The notes below the pieces were generated by a model that did no database searches, was not told the origin of the DNA, and was given only the letters and a program-made list of their open reading frames with translations. The translations under genes and the position numbers were made by a program. Source: the human T2T-CHM13v2.0 reference genome, Homo sapiens. Taken from it: DNA of 64,000 nucleotides. Positions 26,701-43,358 of this stretch are shown here, one piece after another (positions within the stretch are counted from its first letter, which is position 1; every line of letters starts with the position of its first letter). The stretch lies in assembly GCF_009914755.1 (NCBI RefSeq), contig NC_060947.1. One strand, written 5' to 3'.

Positions 26701-27174
26701 CAAGAAAATAAGAGAGGACACAAATGGAAAAACTTTCCATGCTCATGGATAGCAAGAATCAATATCCTGAAAATGGCCATACTGCCCGAAGTAATTTATA
26801 AATTCAATGCTATCCCCATCAAGCTCCCATTGACTTTTTTCACAGAATTACAAAAAACTACTTTAAATTTCATATGGAACCAAAAAAGAGTCCATATAGC
26901 CAAGACAATCCTAAGCTAAATTAACAAATTGGAGGCATCACGCTACCTGACTTCAAACTATACTACAAGGATACAGTAACCAAAATAGCATGGCACTGGC
27001 ACCAAAACAGATATATAGACCAATGGAACAGAACAGAGGCCTCAGAAATAACACCACACATCTACAACCATCTGATCTTTGACAAACCTGACAAAAACAA
27101 GCAATGGGGAAAGGAATTCCTATTTAATAACTCATGTTGGGAAAACTGGCTAGCCATGTGCAGAAAACTGAAAC
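23771..27174 (+). mobile_element. L1PA7/8-like ORF1 C-terminus and ORF2 EN/RT, ending abruptly; inferred chimera at the right inversion breakpoint
   Basis: ORF1 peptide ENFHNLARQANMQIQEIQRTP; ORF2 start MTGINSQITILTLNVNGL; disrupted; stops at gaaaactgaaac. Confidence 0.95.
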
Positions 27175-28360
27175 CATCATTCTTTACTCTTTCCATTTGT
27201 GAAAGAATATATTATTATGAAATGAATATTGACAATTTCGTAGGCAGGATTGTGCATTACTCCTCTTATGCATAAATGATCTACACAGATTTTACTTCCA
27301 CATAATTCCCAGTGTGCACCTGTTCTATGAGCTGACATTTATCTGTGAATATTTAAGAAATGTCTGTTCTCCAGTCTCTTGTGAAGAATCAAACAAAACT
27401 TTTCTACTTGACTTTAGTCAAGTGTTATATATTTACTTATGAACATTCCATGGGAAAAAACAGGTTTTCTATTTTGAAGAGATTATTTGGTATTTTCATA
27501 AATGATTGTCCCTAAACGGCTTTTTTGGGATTTTATTCTCAAAGAACACATTTCAAAGAAGCTTCACATTTTCCCAGACTATGGAAAGCTATCCCAGCTG
27601 GAAAATGAAAATACCATCTCACTAATTACACCATCTCATTATTAGAGAAATGTTCCATTTGATGTACCAGGGCCGTTTCATTAAATGATAAGTTCAAATG
27701 TCTTTCTTGGAAGATGAAGGGCTTTTGCTGCACTTTATTTTCCTAAGTGTTATGTCACCATGAAAAAACTATGACAACCTGTTAACTATAGGAAACCTTT
27801 TACAAGTGTCATTTTGTTTGTTTCCGAATTTTACAATTACATAAATTCTATTTTGTATCTACTCTACCTGTAATAATCTTGTATTTTGCAACTTTGATAA
27901 TTGATCCATAAGAATGCATATTGACTCCCAGGTTTTTTAACTTAAAATATTTTTAGTTTTCACTCAAATTTTAACTAACTTTGTATCCAACAACATCCAT
28001 GTGATCTCCTGTCATATCTCAATCTATTTTGGACACTTTTTAAACTAGTTACCTTTCCCTCATGTCTCTAACACTTATTCACCTGACCCAAGTCTTACCT
28101 TCACCATTTTTTTTGACAAATGAAATTCCTACCTGTAGATTAAATACATAGTTTTTAAGATTTATTTCAATTTTCTCTCAATTTGGTGAATATGGAGAGT
28201 GGAGCCAACACAAAGAGAGAAGGAAACAAACATCCATGAAACAGGAAGGATGTAAGAGGTCGTGGAAATCATCTGCTCTATACCCTCATTTTACATATGT
28301 GGACATTAAAATTCATGGAAAAGAAAATAAGTTGCTTATCAAAAGTCACAATTAATTCTT

Positions 28361-28757
28361 TTTTTTCTTTTATTATTATACTTTAAGTTTTAGGGTACAT
28401 GTGCACATTGTGCAGGTTAGTTACACATGTATACATGTGCCACGCTGGTGTGCTGCACCCACTAACTCGTCATCTAGCATTAGGTATATCTCCCAATGCT
28501 ATCCCTCCCCCCTCCCCCAACCTCACAACCGTCCCCAGAGTGTGATGTTCCCCTTCCTGTGTCCATGTGATCTCATTGTTCAATTCCCACCTATGAGTGA
28601 GAATATGCGGTGTTTGGTTTTTTGTTCTTGCGATAGTTTACTGAGAATGATGATTTCCAATTTCATCCATGTCCCTACAAAGGACATGAACTCATCATTT
28701 TTTATGGTTGCATAGTACTCCATGGTGTATATGTGCCACATTTTCTTAATCCAGTCT
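28361..28757 (-). mobile_element. Young 5'-truncated L1 (L1PA2-like) inserted in a MIR
   Basis: 13-bp TSD ACAATTAATTCTT (28348-28360, 28758-28770); sense strand has gagatcac and gacgagttag (GAG, not the Ta ACA). Confidence 0.92.
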
Positions 28758-29944
28758 ACAATTAATTCTTATGAGAAATGTGGGCACTAGATCAGGTTCC
28801 CTAGTGTAACCTTCTTTATTACTCTCCCAAATTTACCTGCTTCAAGATTACATAAATTTGGTTTTTGGTCTTTCTTTTTTCCTCTTTTATATTGCCATAT
28901 TACTCTGTGAATACTTTTATATATTTCCCACTTGATTATAGATTTCTTGAAAGCAAGAACTGGTCTTGTTTGCCTATGAATCTTTATGTACAGAAGTGCA
29001 CCTGGAACAATACAGGTGCACGTCAAATGTCTGTGCAATAAAGTTGTATTTTAAATTTCAGCCTCAACATTCAAATTAAAACTGCACACAGATACCATTT
29101 TTACCTACTGGATGGAAAAGTATCATCCAAGTTTAACAACATTCTTTTTGTTCATGAGGACACGAGGAAAAAGACTTCTAAATCATTGCTGTGGGAATGC
29201 AAAATAATGTAATCACAGTGGAAAGGAATTTGGCAATATCCAGGAAAATTACATATATATTTAATGTTTGACCCAGCAATCTCACTTATAGGAACTGATT
29301 GCAAAGTTATGCTCACAAAAGAATGTGTGCACAATGTCATTTACTACAGCACTATTTGTAACAGAAAAATATTGGAAAATCACCCAAATTTTCAACAGTG
29401 GTGGACTGAACGAACAGAATACACTTACACTACATCTGTAAAATGGAGTGCTGTGCAGTTTTAAATGGGGATGGAAAATACTTGTACATCCTATAATCAA
29501 GTAATCACTAGGATATAATGGCAAATAAAAATTTGCATGGTTGAGAAAAGTATTAGTATAATTCTTTATACTTTAATAATATAATTAGTATAATGTCTTA
29601 TAATACTTTATAGCATAGTATTAGATAGTAATAGAAGCTAAGCTTCTTGTTTTGTAGATTTGCTTCATGGAATATATCTTGGTTTTGAATATATCTTATT
29701 TTGTAGCTTTGACTTTGAAGCCATGCCAGTATTTTATATTATTATAAAATAAAATTCAATTTTTAAAAGCAACTTATAAAAACAGAATGTAACATGGAGA
29801 AAAGGAGCCTAATACTATATCCAATTGATGACATAGACCCAAGAAAAGGAACAATGCCAAAGAACTTTAAGTCAAAATAATATGATGATACAGACTTATT
29901 GGGATATGTCCAAAGGATAAAATGACGGCAAAAAGTATTTTACA

Positions 29945-30320
29945 TTTGTGTTGGTGGCACATATACACCATGGAATACTATGCCACCATAAAAAAGGATG
30001 AGTTCATGTCCTTTGCAGGGACATGGATGATGCTGGAAACCATCATTCTCAGCAAACTAACACAAGTACAGAAAACCAAAAACACCTCATGTTCTCACTC
30101 ATAAGTGGGGGTTGAACAATGAGAACACATGGACACAGGGAGGGGAACATCACATACTGGGGCCTGTTGGGAGGTTGGGGGCTAGGGGAGGGATAGTATT
30201 AGGAGAGATACCTGATGTAGATGACAGGTTCGTGGGTGCAGCAAACCACTATGGCACATGTATACCTATGTAACACACCTGCATGTTCTGCACATGCACC
30301 CCTGAACTTAAAGTATATAA
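29945..30320 (+). mobile_element. 5'-truncated L1PA7/8-like 3' end nested in older L1M sequence
   Basis: 15-bp TSD AAAAAGTATTTTACA (29930-29944, 30321-30335). Confidence 0.92.
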
Positions 30321-30462
30321 AAAAAGTATTTTACAGATTTTTTTTCAATAATCACATCATTATTGGTAGTATTACCATTGATATTCTAAGGTTAAAGCAA
30401 ATGAGCCACTATATTGTGGTCATTGTAGAGTATGATTTTCAGCATGGTTAAAAGAAGATATG

Positions 30463-30772
30463 GGCCGGGCATGGTGGCTCACATCTTTGTGAGCACTTTG
30501 GGAGGCTCAGGTGGGTGGATCACCTGAGGTCAGGGGTTTGAGACCAGCCTGACCAACATGGCGAAGCCCCATCTCTACTAAAAATACAAAAAGATTAGCC
30601 AGGTGTGGTGGTGTGTGCCTGTAATCCCAGCTAATCAGGAGGCTGAGGCAAGAGAATCGCTTGAACCTGGGAGGCGGAGGTTGCGGTGAGACAATATCAT
30701 GACAGTGCACTCCAGCCTTGCTGACAGAGTAAGACTCCATCTCAAAAAAAAAAATTAAATAAATAAATAAAT
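30463..30772 (+). mobile_element. AluSx-like
   Basis: Full dimer with (taaa)n tail; TSD aaaagaagatatg / aaaaggagatatg. Confidence 0.95.
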
Positions 30773-30876
30773 AAAAGGAGATATGTATGTAAAAATCAAT
30801 AAGAGTAAGTAGAATGGGAATAGAATCCATTGGTATGAACTTGTAATATATTTTACCCTAAAAATAGGGTAAAATA

Positions 30877-31262
30877 GGTGGTGGGGTAAATGGAAAGATG
30901 TTGGTCAAAGGACACAAACTTTCAGTTATATGAATAGATTCTGTTTATCTAATGTGCAACATGGAGAGTATAGCTAATAACACTGTATTGTTTACTTGAA
31001 ATGTGCTAAGACAGTAGATCTTAAGTATCCTTACCCCACCACACACACACACATATACACACAGGTGATGATGGCTGTATTAATTAATTTGACACACACA
31101 CATATACACACAGGTGGTGATGGCTGTATTAATTAATTTGATTAGTAAACATTTCATTTCACAATGTATATGTTCATCAAATCATGTCATATACATTGAA
31201 TATATACAATTTTTATTTGTCAATTATATTTCAATAAACTTGGAAAAAAGAAAAAAGAATAA
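30877..31262 (+). mobile_element. L1MA/MB 3' end
   Basis: gatgttggtcaaaggacacaaactttcagtta...tttttatttgtcaattatatttcaataaa. Confidence 0.8.
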
Positions 31263-31502
31263 ATCTGAATAAAACCTGAGTGGCTTAATATGGGGTCATA
31301 TGGACATCAACAATAATAATATCTACAATAAATTTAAATGCATCAAATATAATGATAACAACTAAAAGAATCATGGTTCACTTTTGGAGCATACCAGGAA
31401 AGAAATTCATTATTCTGTAAACTGGTAAATGAGAAGAAATAATAAATTATCTTGCTTTTCTTGTATGACTTTCACCTCAAGGTAACTAAAGAGTAGAGTA
31501 GA

Positions 31503-31800
31503 GGCTGGGCATAGTGGCTCATGCCTGTAATCCCAGCAATTTGGGAGGCCAAGGCGGATGGATCACCTGAAGTCAGGAGTTTGAAATCAGCCTCGCCGAT
31601 ATGGTGAAACCCCGTGTCTACTAAAAATACAAAAATGAGCTGGGTGTGGTAGTAGGTGCCTGTAATCCCAGCTACTTGGGAGGCTGAGGCAGGAGAATCT
31701 ATTGAACCCGGGAGAAGGAGGTTGCAGTGAGCCCAAGACCGTGCCATTGCACTCCAGCTTGGGCAACAAGTGTGAAACTCTGTCACAAAAAAAAGAAAAA
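31503..31800 (+). mobile_element. AluS
   Basis: Full dimer with A tail. Confidence 0.95.
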
Positions 31801-33249
31801 AGAGACAGCTTTTCTTTGTGGAAATGTTTCCCAGCTAATAAATGAAGAAGATATGTTAGAGTGAAAATATTACCATTTGACAACTCCTATTGATTGAATT
31901 GATGGTTCTAGTTCCATCAAATACTATTGAGTTTTGGACTAAATGAGATAATATCTGTGGATTATAACACTTTCAGGTATAATAAGCACTAGGTAAGTGT
32001 GTGTTAAATAGATAAATTAAAAGTTCTCCCATATGATTTTGACACAAAGTTTAGGACCAATGGGATTGAACGAAGAATACTCTGTAACACTTAGCTCATT
32101 TTTCATTGAAAATATGTCCTCTCATCTACTTCCAGTTATTCTCAGCAGGGGTATTGTTTTCCTTGTATGTTCTCAAAATTGATGGCTATGTCTACGGGCT
32201 TGATGAGATAAGTGTTCAATTTTGGGGGCACGACAACAGGTACATTATGTTTCCCTTAGTTTTTCCCTTGGTTTCTCAAAAACTATCGAGGAACGAATAC
32301 TTGATGACATTAAAGAATTCACATTTATTTTTAGAAATATTTTTAAAAGGGCCTAAACTTTTAGAGATGCATCCCCAAGTATTTTCAAATGAAACGATAT
32401 TATATGCAAAATTTTCTTTAATATAATCCTGAGTCTGTGACTGGCGTATAGATGAAACAGGATCACTCATGAATTGATCAGCTGAATGATGGGTACATGG
32501 GGGTTTATTAGACTATTCTCTCTACTTTTGTGTATGCTTAAAAATTCAACAATGAAATATTCATGAAATGTTAGTCTGAAGTCTATAAATAAGTAAATAA
32601 AATTAAAAAGAGAGAATGGCAGATGAATCTATTCTACATATCACAAAGTCTTCAGGAAAAAAAAAGTTTGATATTTTGTCCTCAGTCTGCACATAGAGAA
32701 AGGTTGAATAAATGCATTTATGTGTTCTTTTTTATATATATATTCCATCAGGATAATTTCAGCAAGTTGAAGAAGGGCCATGACGAAGATAAGAGGATAA
32801 ACTTTATTCATGAACTAGTCCCAATGGAAAAAAAATTGAAACAAATGAAGTAGTCTGCTGTATAAAACCGAGTATGAAAAAGATTTGGTAAAACTTGGCT
32901 TGATATGGGCTGGTGTAACTAGACACAGAGACAGACTTGTGAGTTTACCACAGCAGCAGGACTTCATAAATAGTAATGATGCTCAGAATCAGATGGGTAA
33001 CATCATCTTACTTCCATATCCAATAACAGAAGGATTTGTTCTTGCTTTCTAATTCATTCATGGTGTATAATTCAAAAAAACAGTGTGGCAGAAAGTGTGA
33101 AGTGAGATAGGAACTGTCAGCAATATACTATATTCTGTAAGGAATAGATTCAAGGTCACTAGCTTTGTTTGAATTAGAAAAGGAGGCTATATGGTAGATA
33201 TAACCTCACATACGCATATCATGGAGAATGAAGTACATACTGGATTACA

Positions 33250-33312
33250 TTCCCCACTAAATAAGATGTCCTTGTGTAGAGCATAACCTGCACAACTGTT
33301 CACGGCAGCCAT
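33250..33312 (-). mobile_element. MER91-like hAT fragment
   Basis: Reverse complement reads ggctgccgtgaacagttgtgcaggttatgctctacacaa. Confidence 0.5.
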
Positions 33313-33496
33313 GAAGAGTCCCAGTAAGTAAAATACTACAGTTGGAGGAAGAGATGGAAAAGTAACTGGCAGTAACAGATGCTGGAGCTTGGATTTTTTT
33401 ATTTTCTCTTCAGGTCAGTGTCAGATAAATGAGGATAGAGGGAAAATTAAAACATAAGTGGTAATGCCACGTCAATCTACCAAAGTATGCTTAGAC

Positions 33497-33726
33497 AAGT
33501 AGTTTGCAACAGGAAACCAGGAAAAACTTTGTACCCCAGAGAATATTAGGGTATGTCTGGAGACATCTTTGGGTGTCACAACTAGGGGAGAAGAGAAGTG
33601 ATACTGGCATCTAGTGTGTAGAAACTAGGAATGCTACTAAACATCCCATAACATATAAAACAGCTCCCCACAAAAAAGCATTATCTGGCCCAAAATGTCA
33701 ATAGTGCCAACATTGGGAAGCCCTGG
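33497..33726 (+). mobile_element. MER20 (hAT-Charlie)
   Basis: atgtctggagacatctttgggtgtcacaact...ctggcatctagtg...ggcccaaaatgtcaatagtgcc. Confidence 0.88.
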
Positions 33727-34407
33727 ATTAGATAGATGACTTCTTGTTTCCATTATAAATTGAGTCAGTAAATAAGAATATCAACCTAATTTGAGAATAG
33801 AATTCCATCTAAATACCAGCTAGAAAATACCAGGATAAAGGAGATGCCTCATGTACCTCACAACATTGGAACAGACTAGAGCTCTCTAAGGTTTAAGAGA
33901 AACAAAGGGAATAAATAATTAACAGGGGTCTGTGAAAAGATACTGCAGAACAAAGGAAAGGTGATGTTTTTGAAGACTTGGTGGAAGAGCACACTCTGAC
34001 AATTATTTTGCTCTAGGAAGCAGAAGAAAAAAATTAAAACTTCTTAGCATTCTAAATAGGATTCAATAAGACATGATCTGTATGAAATAAGAACAGAGAA
34101 AAATAAATAAAAGATAAAATAGTTGATGCAAATACATCTGGATGAGCTAATAAAGGAACTGCATAGGAAAAGTATTCAAAAAACTAAAATAACAAGCCAT
34201 GAATAAAACACACGCCACAAGCAAAAACAGCATAACTGTCACTAAGGAAAATAAATGAAATGGAGGCCAAATTGGGAAACAATAGCAGAGTGCAAAAGAC
34301 AGATGAAAACAATAGTAATAATAATACAAAGAATAGAGAACCAACCACAGATATTTGATTTTTTTAAGAAAATACTAAAACAAATGGAACAACTATGAGG
34401 ACAAATG

Positions 34408-34791
34408 TGATATGCTTTGGCTCTGCGTCTCCACCCAAATCTCATCTTGAATTGTAATACAAATTGTAATGCCTACATGCCTGGGGAGAGACCTGATGGG
34501 AGGTGATTGGATCATGGGGTCGGTTTCTCCTACGCTGTTCTCATGATAGTGGGTAAGTCTCATGAGATGTGATAATTTTATACAGGGATGTTTCCTCTGA
34601 CCTCACTCTTTTCTCTCTCCTGCCACCTTGTGAAGAAGGTGACTGCTTCCCCTTCACCTTCCATCATGATGGTAAATTTCCTGAGGCCACCCCAGCCATG
34701 TGGGAACTGTGAGTCAATTAAACCTCTTTCCTTTATAAATTCCCCAGTCTCAGGCAGTATCTTTATAGTATCGTGAGAACAGACTAATACA
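34408..34791 (+). mobile_element. MSTA-like MaLR solo LTR inside old L1 ORF1-like remnants
   Basis: tgatatgctttggctctg...ccacccaaatctcatcttgaattgtaa...agactaataca; TSD aaatg/aaaag. Confidence 0.9.
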
Positions 34792-35389
34792 AAAAGCTAC
34801 AATAATTGAAAACTTTTCTGAGCTAAATAAATATTGAGGTTCAAAATTCTTATGGGTCTCTGAATACCAGCTAATAAAACACATCTTTTATTGAAAAGAC
34901 CTTATTGCTACACACTTTCTGGCAAATATCTAATTTGAGCTTATTAATGAGAATTTAAAATATCCTACAAATTTTGAGATGTGCATGGGTAGGGCAAGGT
35001 TTTCTATACAAGAATAAAAGTCAGACATTTCAGACTTCACATGTATTCCATAAAGTACTCAAAACTACTTGTTAGTAATTATGCAACATATACAGAATTC
35101 AGAGGAAGAAACATTCTGCCTCAAGAATTGTACACCTAAACAAGTTATCATTCATTAATATCAGATATAAAAGAGCCTAGAAAATGTACCAACTGGAAGC
35201 ATTTCTTTAAAAAAATACTTAACTTTATATTCCAGCCCACCTAGCAATGAAGCTAAATGAATAAGTCAAGCAAAGACTATTTCTATCATAAAAGGGCTAG
35301 CATTGCTCACAGAATTCATTGAAATGTGGAGCCCCAAAAATGTTAAAAACATGATTGGAAAATTAATGAAAATGGTAAAAAGTTATGTC

Positions 35390-35805
35390 ATAAAAGAACG
35401 ATGATCTCATAGAAATAGAGAGTAAAATAGTGCTTGCTAGAGGCTTGAATGGGGGTACAGCAGGAGGTTGGATAATGGATACAAAATTAAAGCAAGATAG
35501 GAGAAATACATCTAGATTTTATAGCAATGTAGGGTGACTATAGTTAGCAACAATTTATTGCATGTTTTCAAATAGCTAGAACAGTGGATTTTTGAATGTT
35601 CCCAAAACACACAAAAAAGATAAATATTGGAGGGGATGAATATGCTAATTACCTCAATTTAATCATTACACATTGTATGCATGTATTGAAATATCACACT
35701 GTACCCCATAAATATATACAATTCTTATGTGCCAATTAAAACAATAATAAAATTTAAAAACCAAAGATGAAAACAACATAATTGCATACCAAAAAAAAAA
35801 AAAGA
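35390..35805 (+). mobile_element. L1MA 3' end
   Basis: gtagggtgactatagttagcaacaatt...tcacactgtaccccataaatatatacaa plus A-rich tail. Confidence 0.82.
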
Positions 35806-35849
35806 TCTTAAATTCTAAAAGGAGAGAGCTTGGCAATTAAAAAGGAAAT

Positions 35850-36350
35850 GATTGAGTATATAAATAAATAAATACACAAACAAAAGAAGTAATTACACAT
35901 GCTACTAATAATATGAAGGAAATAAATAGGATGCTATGAAGAAGAATAATGAGGTGAACTACTTTAAATAAGATGGTCAATAAATAACTTTATTAGGATA
36001 CTTCATTTAAGCTGAGACCTGAAGGATGAGAATGTGAACAGTTGAAAGTGAGAAGAGCAGGGTGTGCTATGGGTGAAAGTCATAACAAGAACAGAACACC
36101 TGTGGTGGGAAGGAACAAGGCACACTGGAAGAACTGAGCTTCAGCCTCACTGGCTGCCTTCACAGTAAACCTGGGAGAGCATGGTGAGACACGATGCTAA
36201 AGAGATCAGCAGGAGCAGCCACATCACGCCGGCTCCTATAAGCCAGAGCAAGCATTTGCGGGTTTTCCAAGAGCAGCGATTAAGTATAAGCAGAGAAGAG
36301 ATATAACCTGATTTACTTTTCAAAATAAAAGCATATCTGCTCTGCAGCAA
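35850..36350 (-). mobile_element. L2 fragment
   Basis: catttaagctgagacctgaaggatgag and neighbouring antisense L2 motifs. Confidence 0.65.
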
Positions 36351-36629
36351 TATATTGAAGTTTTAAAAAATTACTCAGAGACAAATAATTTACAATTTAC
36401 ATAAACTGTTCCGAAGCACAGATAAATATGAATGCCTCCCCATAAAAGCATAATCTTGATATTAAAATCAGACAAATAAAGCCCAAAGAAAGCCAGAGAT
36501 AAGTCTCAGTGATAACACAGATATGCATCCTAATTAAAATAATAATAAAAGAAATTTATGAGAGTATTAAAAGTAAAACATACCATAACAATCCTAGCAA
36601 AGCATTGATCTCAAGGATGTTTCAACGTT

Positions 36630-40510
<3,881 letters not shown>

Positions 40511-42227
40511 AGAAATTGATTAATATAATCCATGAAATTTTAAAAATCCAAATGCACAAAACCAGATAAATATCTCAAAAATGAAAAAAAAGTATTTAAT
40601 GAAATTAAAGACCTATTACTGATTTTCAAATTTCCAAATAAAATAGGTATAAAGGCCTACTTTCCTAAGGTGATAAAATGTAACTATTATAAACACTCCC
40701 CAAAATTTATTCTCACAAATTTTTCAAAATTAATCCACCAGTCACCTCAAAAACCCAGTATCCTGATTTGATCATTACACATTATATGCTTGTATTAAAA
40801 TATTACCATACCTCATAAATTTGTACAATTATGTGTTAATAATAATTTTAAATTTTATATTTATAAATGTAACAAGTACAGCAGTAACAACATTTGTAGA
40901 GGATTTACCATATGCAAGGCAATGGTATTTTTTTGGGGGGTTTTATCTCCTGTTATTTTCACAACAATCTTAGGCATAAGTACTATTTTTGTCTCCATTT
41001 ACAGATGAAGAAATTGAGATTATAAAAAGAACTGATATATAGAAAAAAGAATGGAAAATTATCATTATTTGTGAATGATATAATTATGTGCCTAAAGATC
41101 CAAGAAACTTAATTTCAACTGAAATAGTTCAATTAGTTGGTCAGATATATTTTAAGTACATAATTGTATAGCAGAAAATAACAGTAGACAAATACATTAA
41201 GACATACTGTTTGTGGAGAGTGCTATTCAATATTGTAAATTCGTTTATTTTTCCCAAACTACAGATTTAATTCAATTTTATTTAAATTCTAAATTTAATT
41301 ATTTTGCCTTGACAAATGGATTCTAACATTCATAACAATGAATAAAAAAAAGGGAGATTATCTGGGGAAAATTGGGAAAGGAGTAGTGAGGAAACACTTA
41401 TCCTATAAGATAAATATATAAATCTAAAAAAATCTTAGGAATATTGTAAAAGTAGACTATCTGGTCAATAGAACAAAGTAGAAATCCTTATGAAAGTCTT
41501 TAGTATGAAATGATTTTGAAAAGGTAAATACACTATTTCAAATAAGGATACAATGATGGATTGTTCAACAAATTTTTCTGATACAACTGGTTATCTGAAA
41601 AACAACATTATGTTACAACTCAACTGCATTTTACAACACTAAAATATATCATAAGTGAACTAAAAAATAGAATGTAAAATCAATTATTTCTCACACACAA
41701 TTATTTCTCACAACTTGCATTATTTTCATAATTATAAACTATTACCATTTTGGGAATATATAAAACACCTTCTATAAATGAAAATATCAATACCACAATA
41801 GAAACAGGGTAAGTCACATAAAGATACAAGTAATATAAAGAAAGTATAAATGGCAAACAAATATAAAATATTCAGCCCAAATAACTTCATGATCTTGGGC
41901 AAGATCATACTTGACCTCTTTAAGTCTCAAATTCCTGATATATAAATGATAAAATAAGGAAGAGAAATGGTTTGTCTTCACTGTACATGGATTTTTATGG
42001 AAAACTGATCACAAAATATTCACTGTCATAATAATGAGTTAGAGACTTTGAATGGGGGCTGGCACCTTATTAAGACTATTTTTCTATTTACCTACCAGAC
42101 CAAGAAAAGGCAGGATCTGGTAGATTTCTATGTGGACGTTATTGGTATGAAAAGTGAGTCACAATGTTCTTTCAGCCCAGCTAAAGTGCTGTTCAGTCAC
42201 CAACATTTTATTAAAAAATCATTTTTC

Positions 42228-42335
42228 AGCCTGGGCAAAGTGGGTCATGCCTGTAATCCTAGCACTTTGGGAGGAGCATCACTTGAGCCCAGGAGTTCGA
42301 GACCAGTCTGAGTCACAAAGTGAGACCCTGTCTTT
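42228..42335 (+). mobile_element. Alu monomer (FLAM-like)
   Basis: catgcctgtaatcctagcactttgggagg...cacttgagcccaggagttcgagaccag...gagaccctgtct. Confidence 0.8.
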
Positions 42336-43358
42336 AAATATATATTTCTCCTTGCTTTATATAGGTGATCCCAGCCAAGTCCACTATATTTTTGTGTGGC
42401 TGTGGAAGATGAAATATATTACGATGTTTTTGTCACTTGCAATTACATCAGACATTATTTGACTATTCTTTTCTTTTGGAAATACAGAATGTCTCAGAAA
42501 AGGCTTCAAATTATGTTAATCCTCCATGTCCTTAATTAAAAATATAAGTACTTTCAATGAAAGGATTAGTTTCACAAAATAAAACAAATTCATGAAAGTA
42601 GTTTTAAAATCTGAGGAAAAAAAATTTATTAAAAATACAAAAATATGGAGAAGGAAAACGTCACAAACTATAAACCTCTTGCTACAACATTGCTGCAAAT
42701 TTATCAATCAATTTTTTAAGTGGGGGATGAGAAAAAATAAAATATTTCACTTACATGGAGTTCAGAACTGTGTTATCCATAATTTTTGAATAAAAATATT
42801 TACTGAATGAGTAGCTGCACAAACTCAAAGCTTAGTTATCTGGCATTCCATCTCACAACATATTATAAGCAGCAAATGAAAGGAGGGAGAAGATTGAAGA
42901 AGCTGTTGGAGATTAGCAGTCTGTAATAAAAGAAATACCTGGCAGTAAAATAACAACACCACCACCAACAACAAATCTCCACACCCAACCTAGAGCCACC
43001 TACTTCAGGTATAAACAGCCTTATAAGCTTAATGTCCCCTGGGGATGTCTCCATATTACAAGCCCACTCAGTAATTACATACATAACAGCTGCTATTGAT
43101 TGAACATGTTTCATGTGGACCGATACCATACTAAAGGCTTATACATAACATCTTATTTTAGCCTTACAACAATCTTATGAGATCAGTTCTATTATTATCT
43201 TAATCATGGGGAAACAGAAAAATTAAGCAATTGCCAAAGGTTATGCAGATCATAAGCAACAGAGCCTGGATTGAATTCCAGGTCTTTCTGACTCTCAAGC
43301 CTTGAGGGCTTTTTCATTCTGCTATACTGTCTTCTCTAGTCAGGTTTACTCACCCTAA

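Noticed and set aside
34408-34791. MSTA LTR as donor of the THE1-like fragment at 720-818
   Set aside because: Only family-level similarity; the MSTA has extra sequence (ggcctcaggaaatttacc on the reverse strand) and many differences
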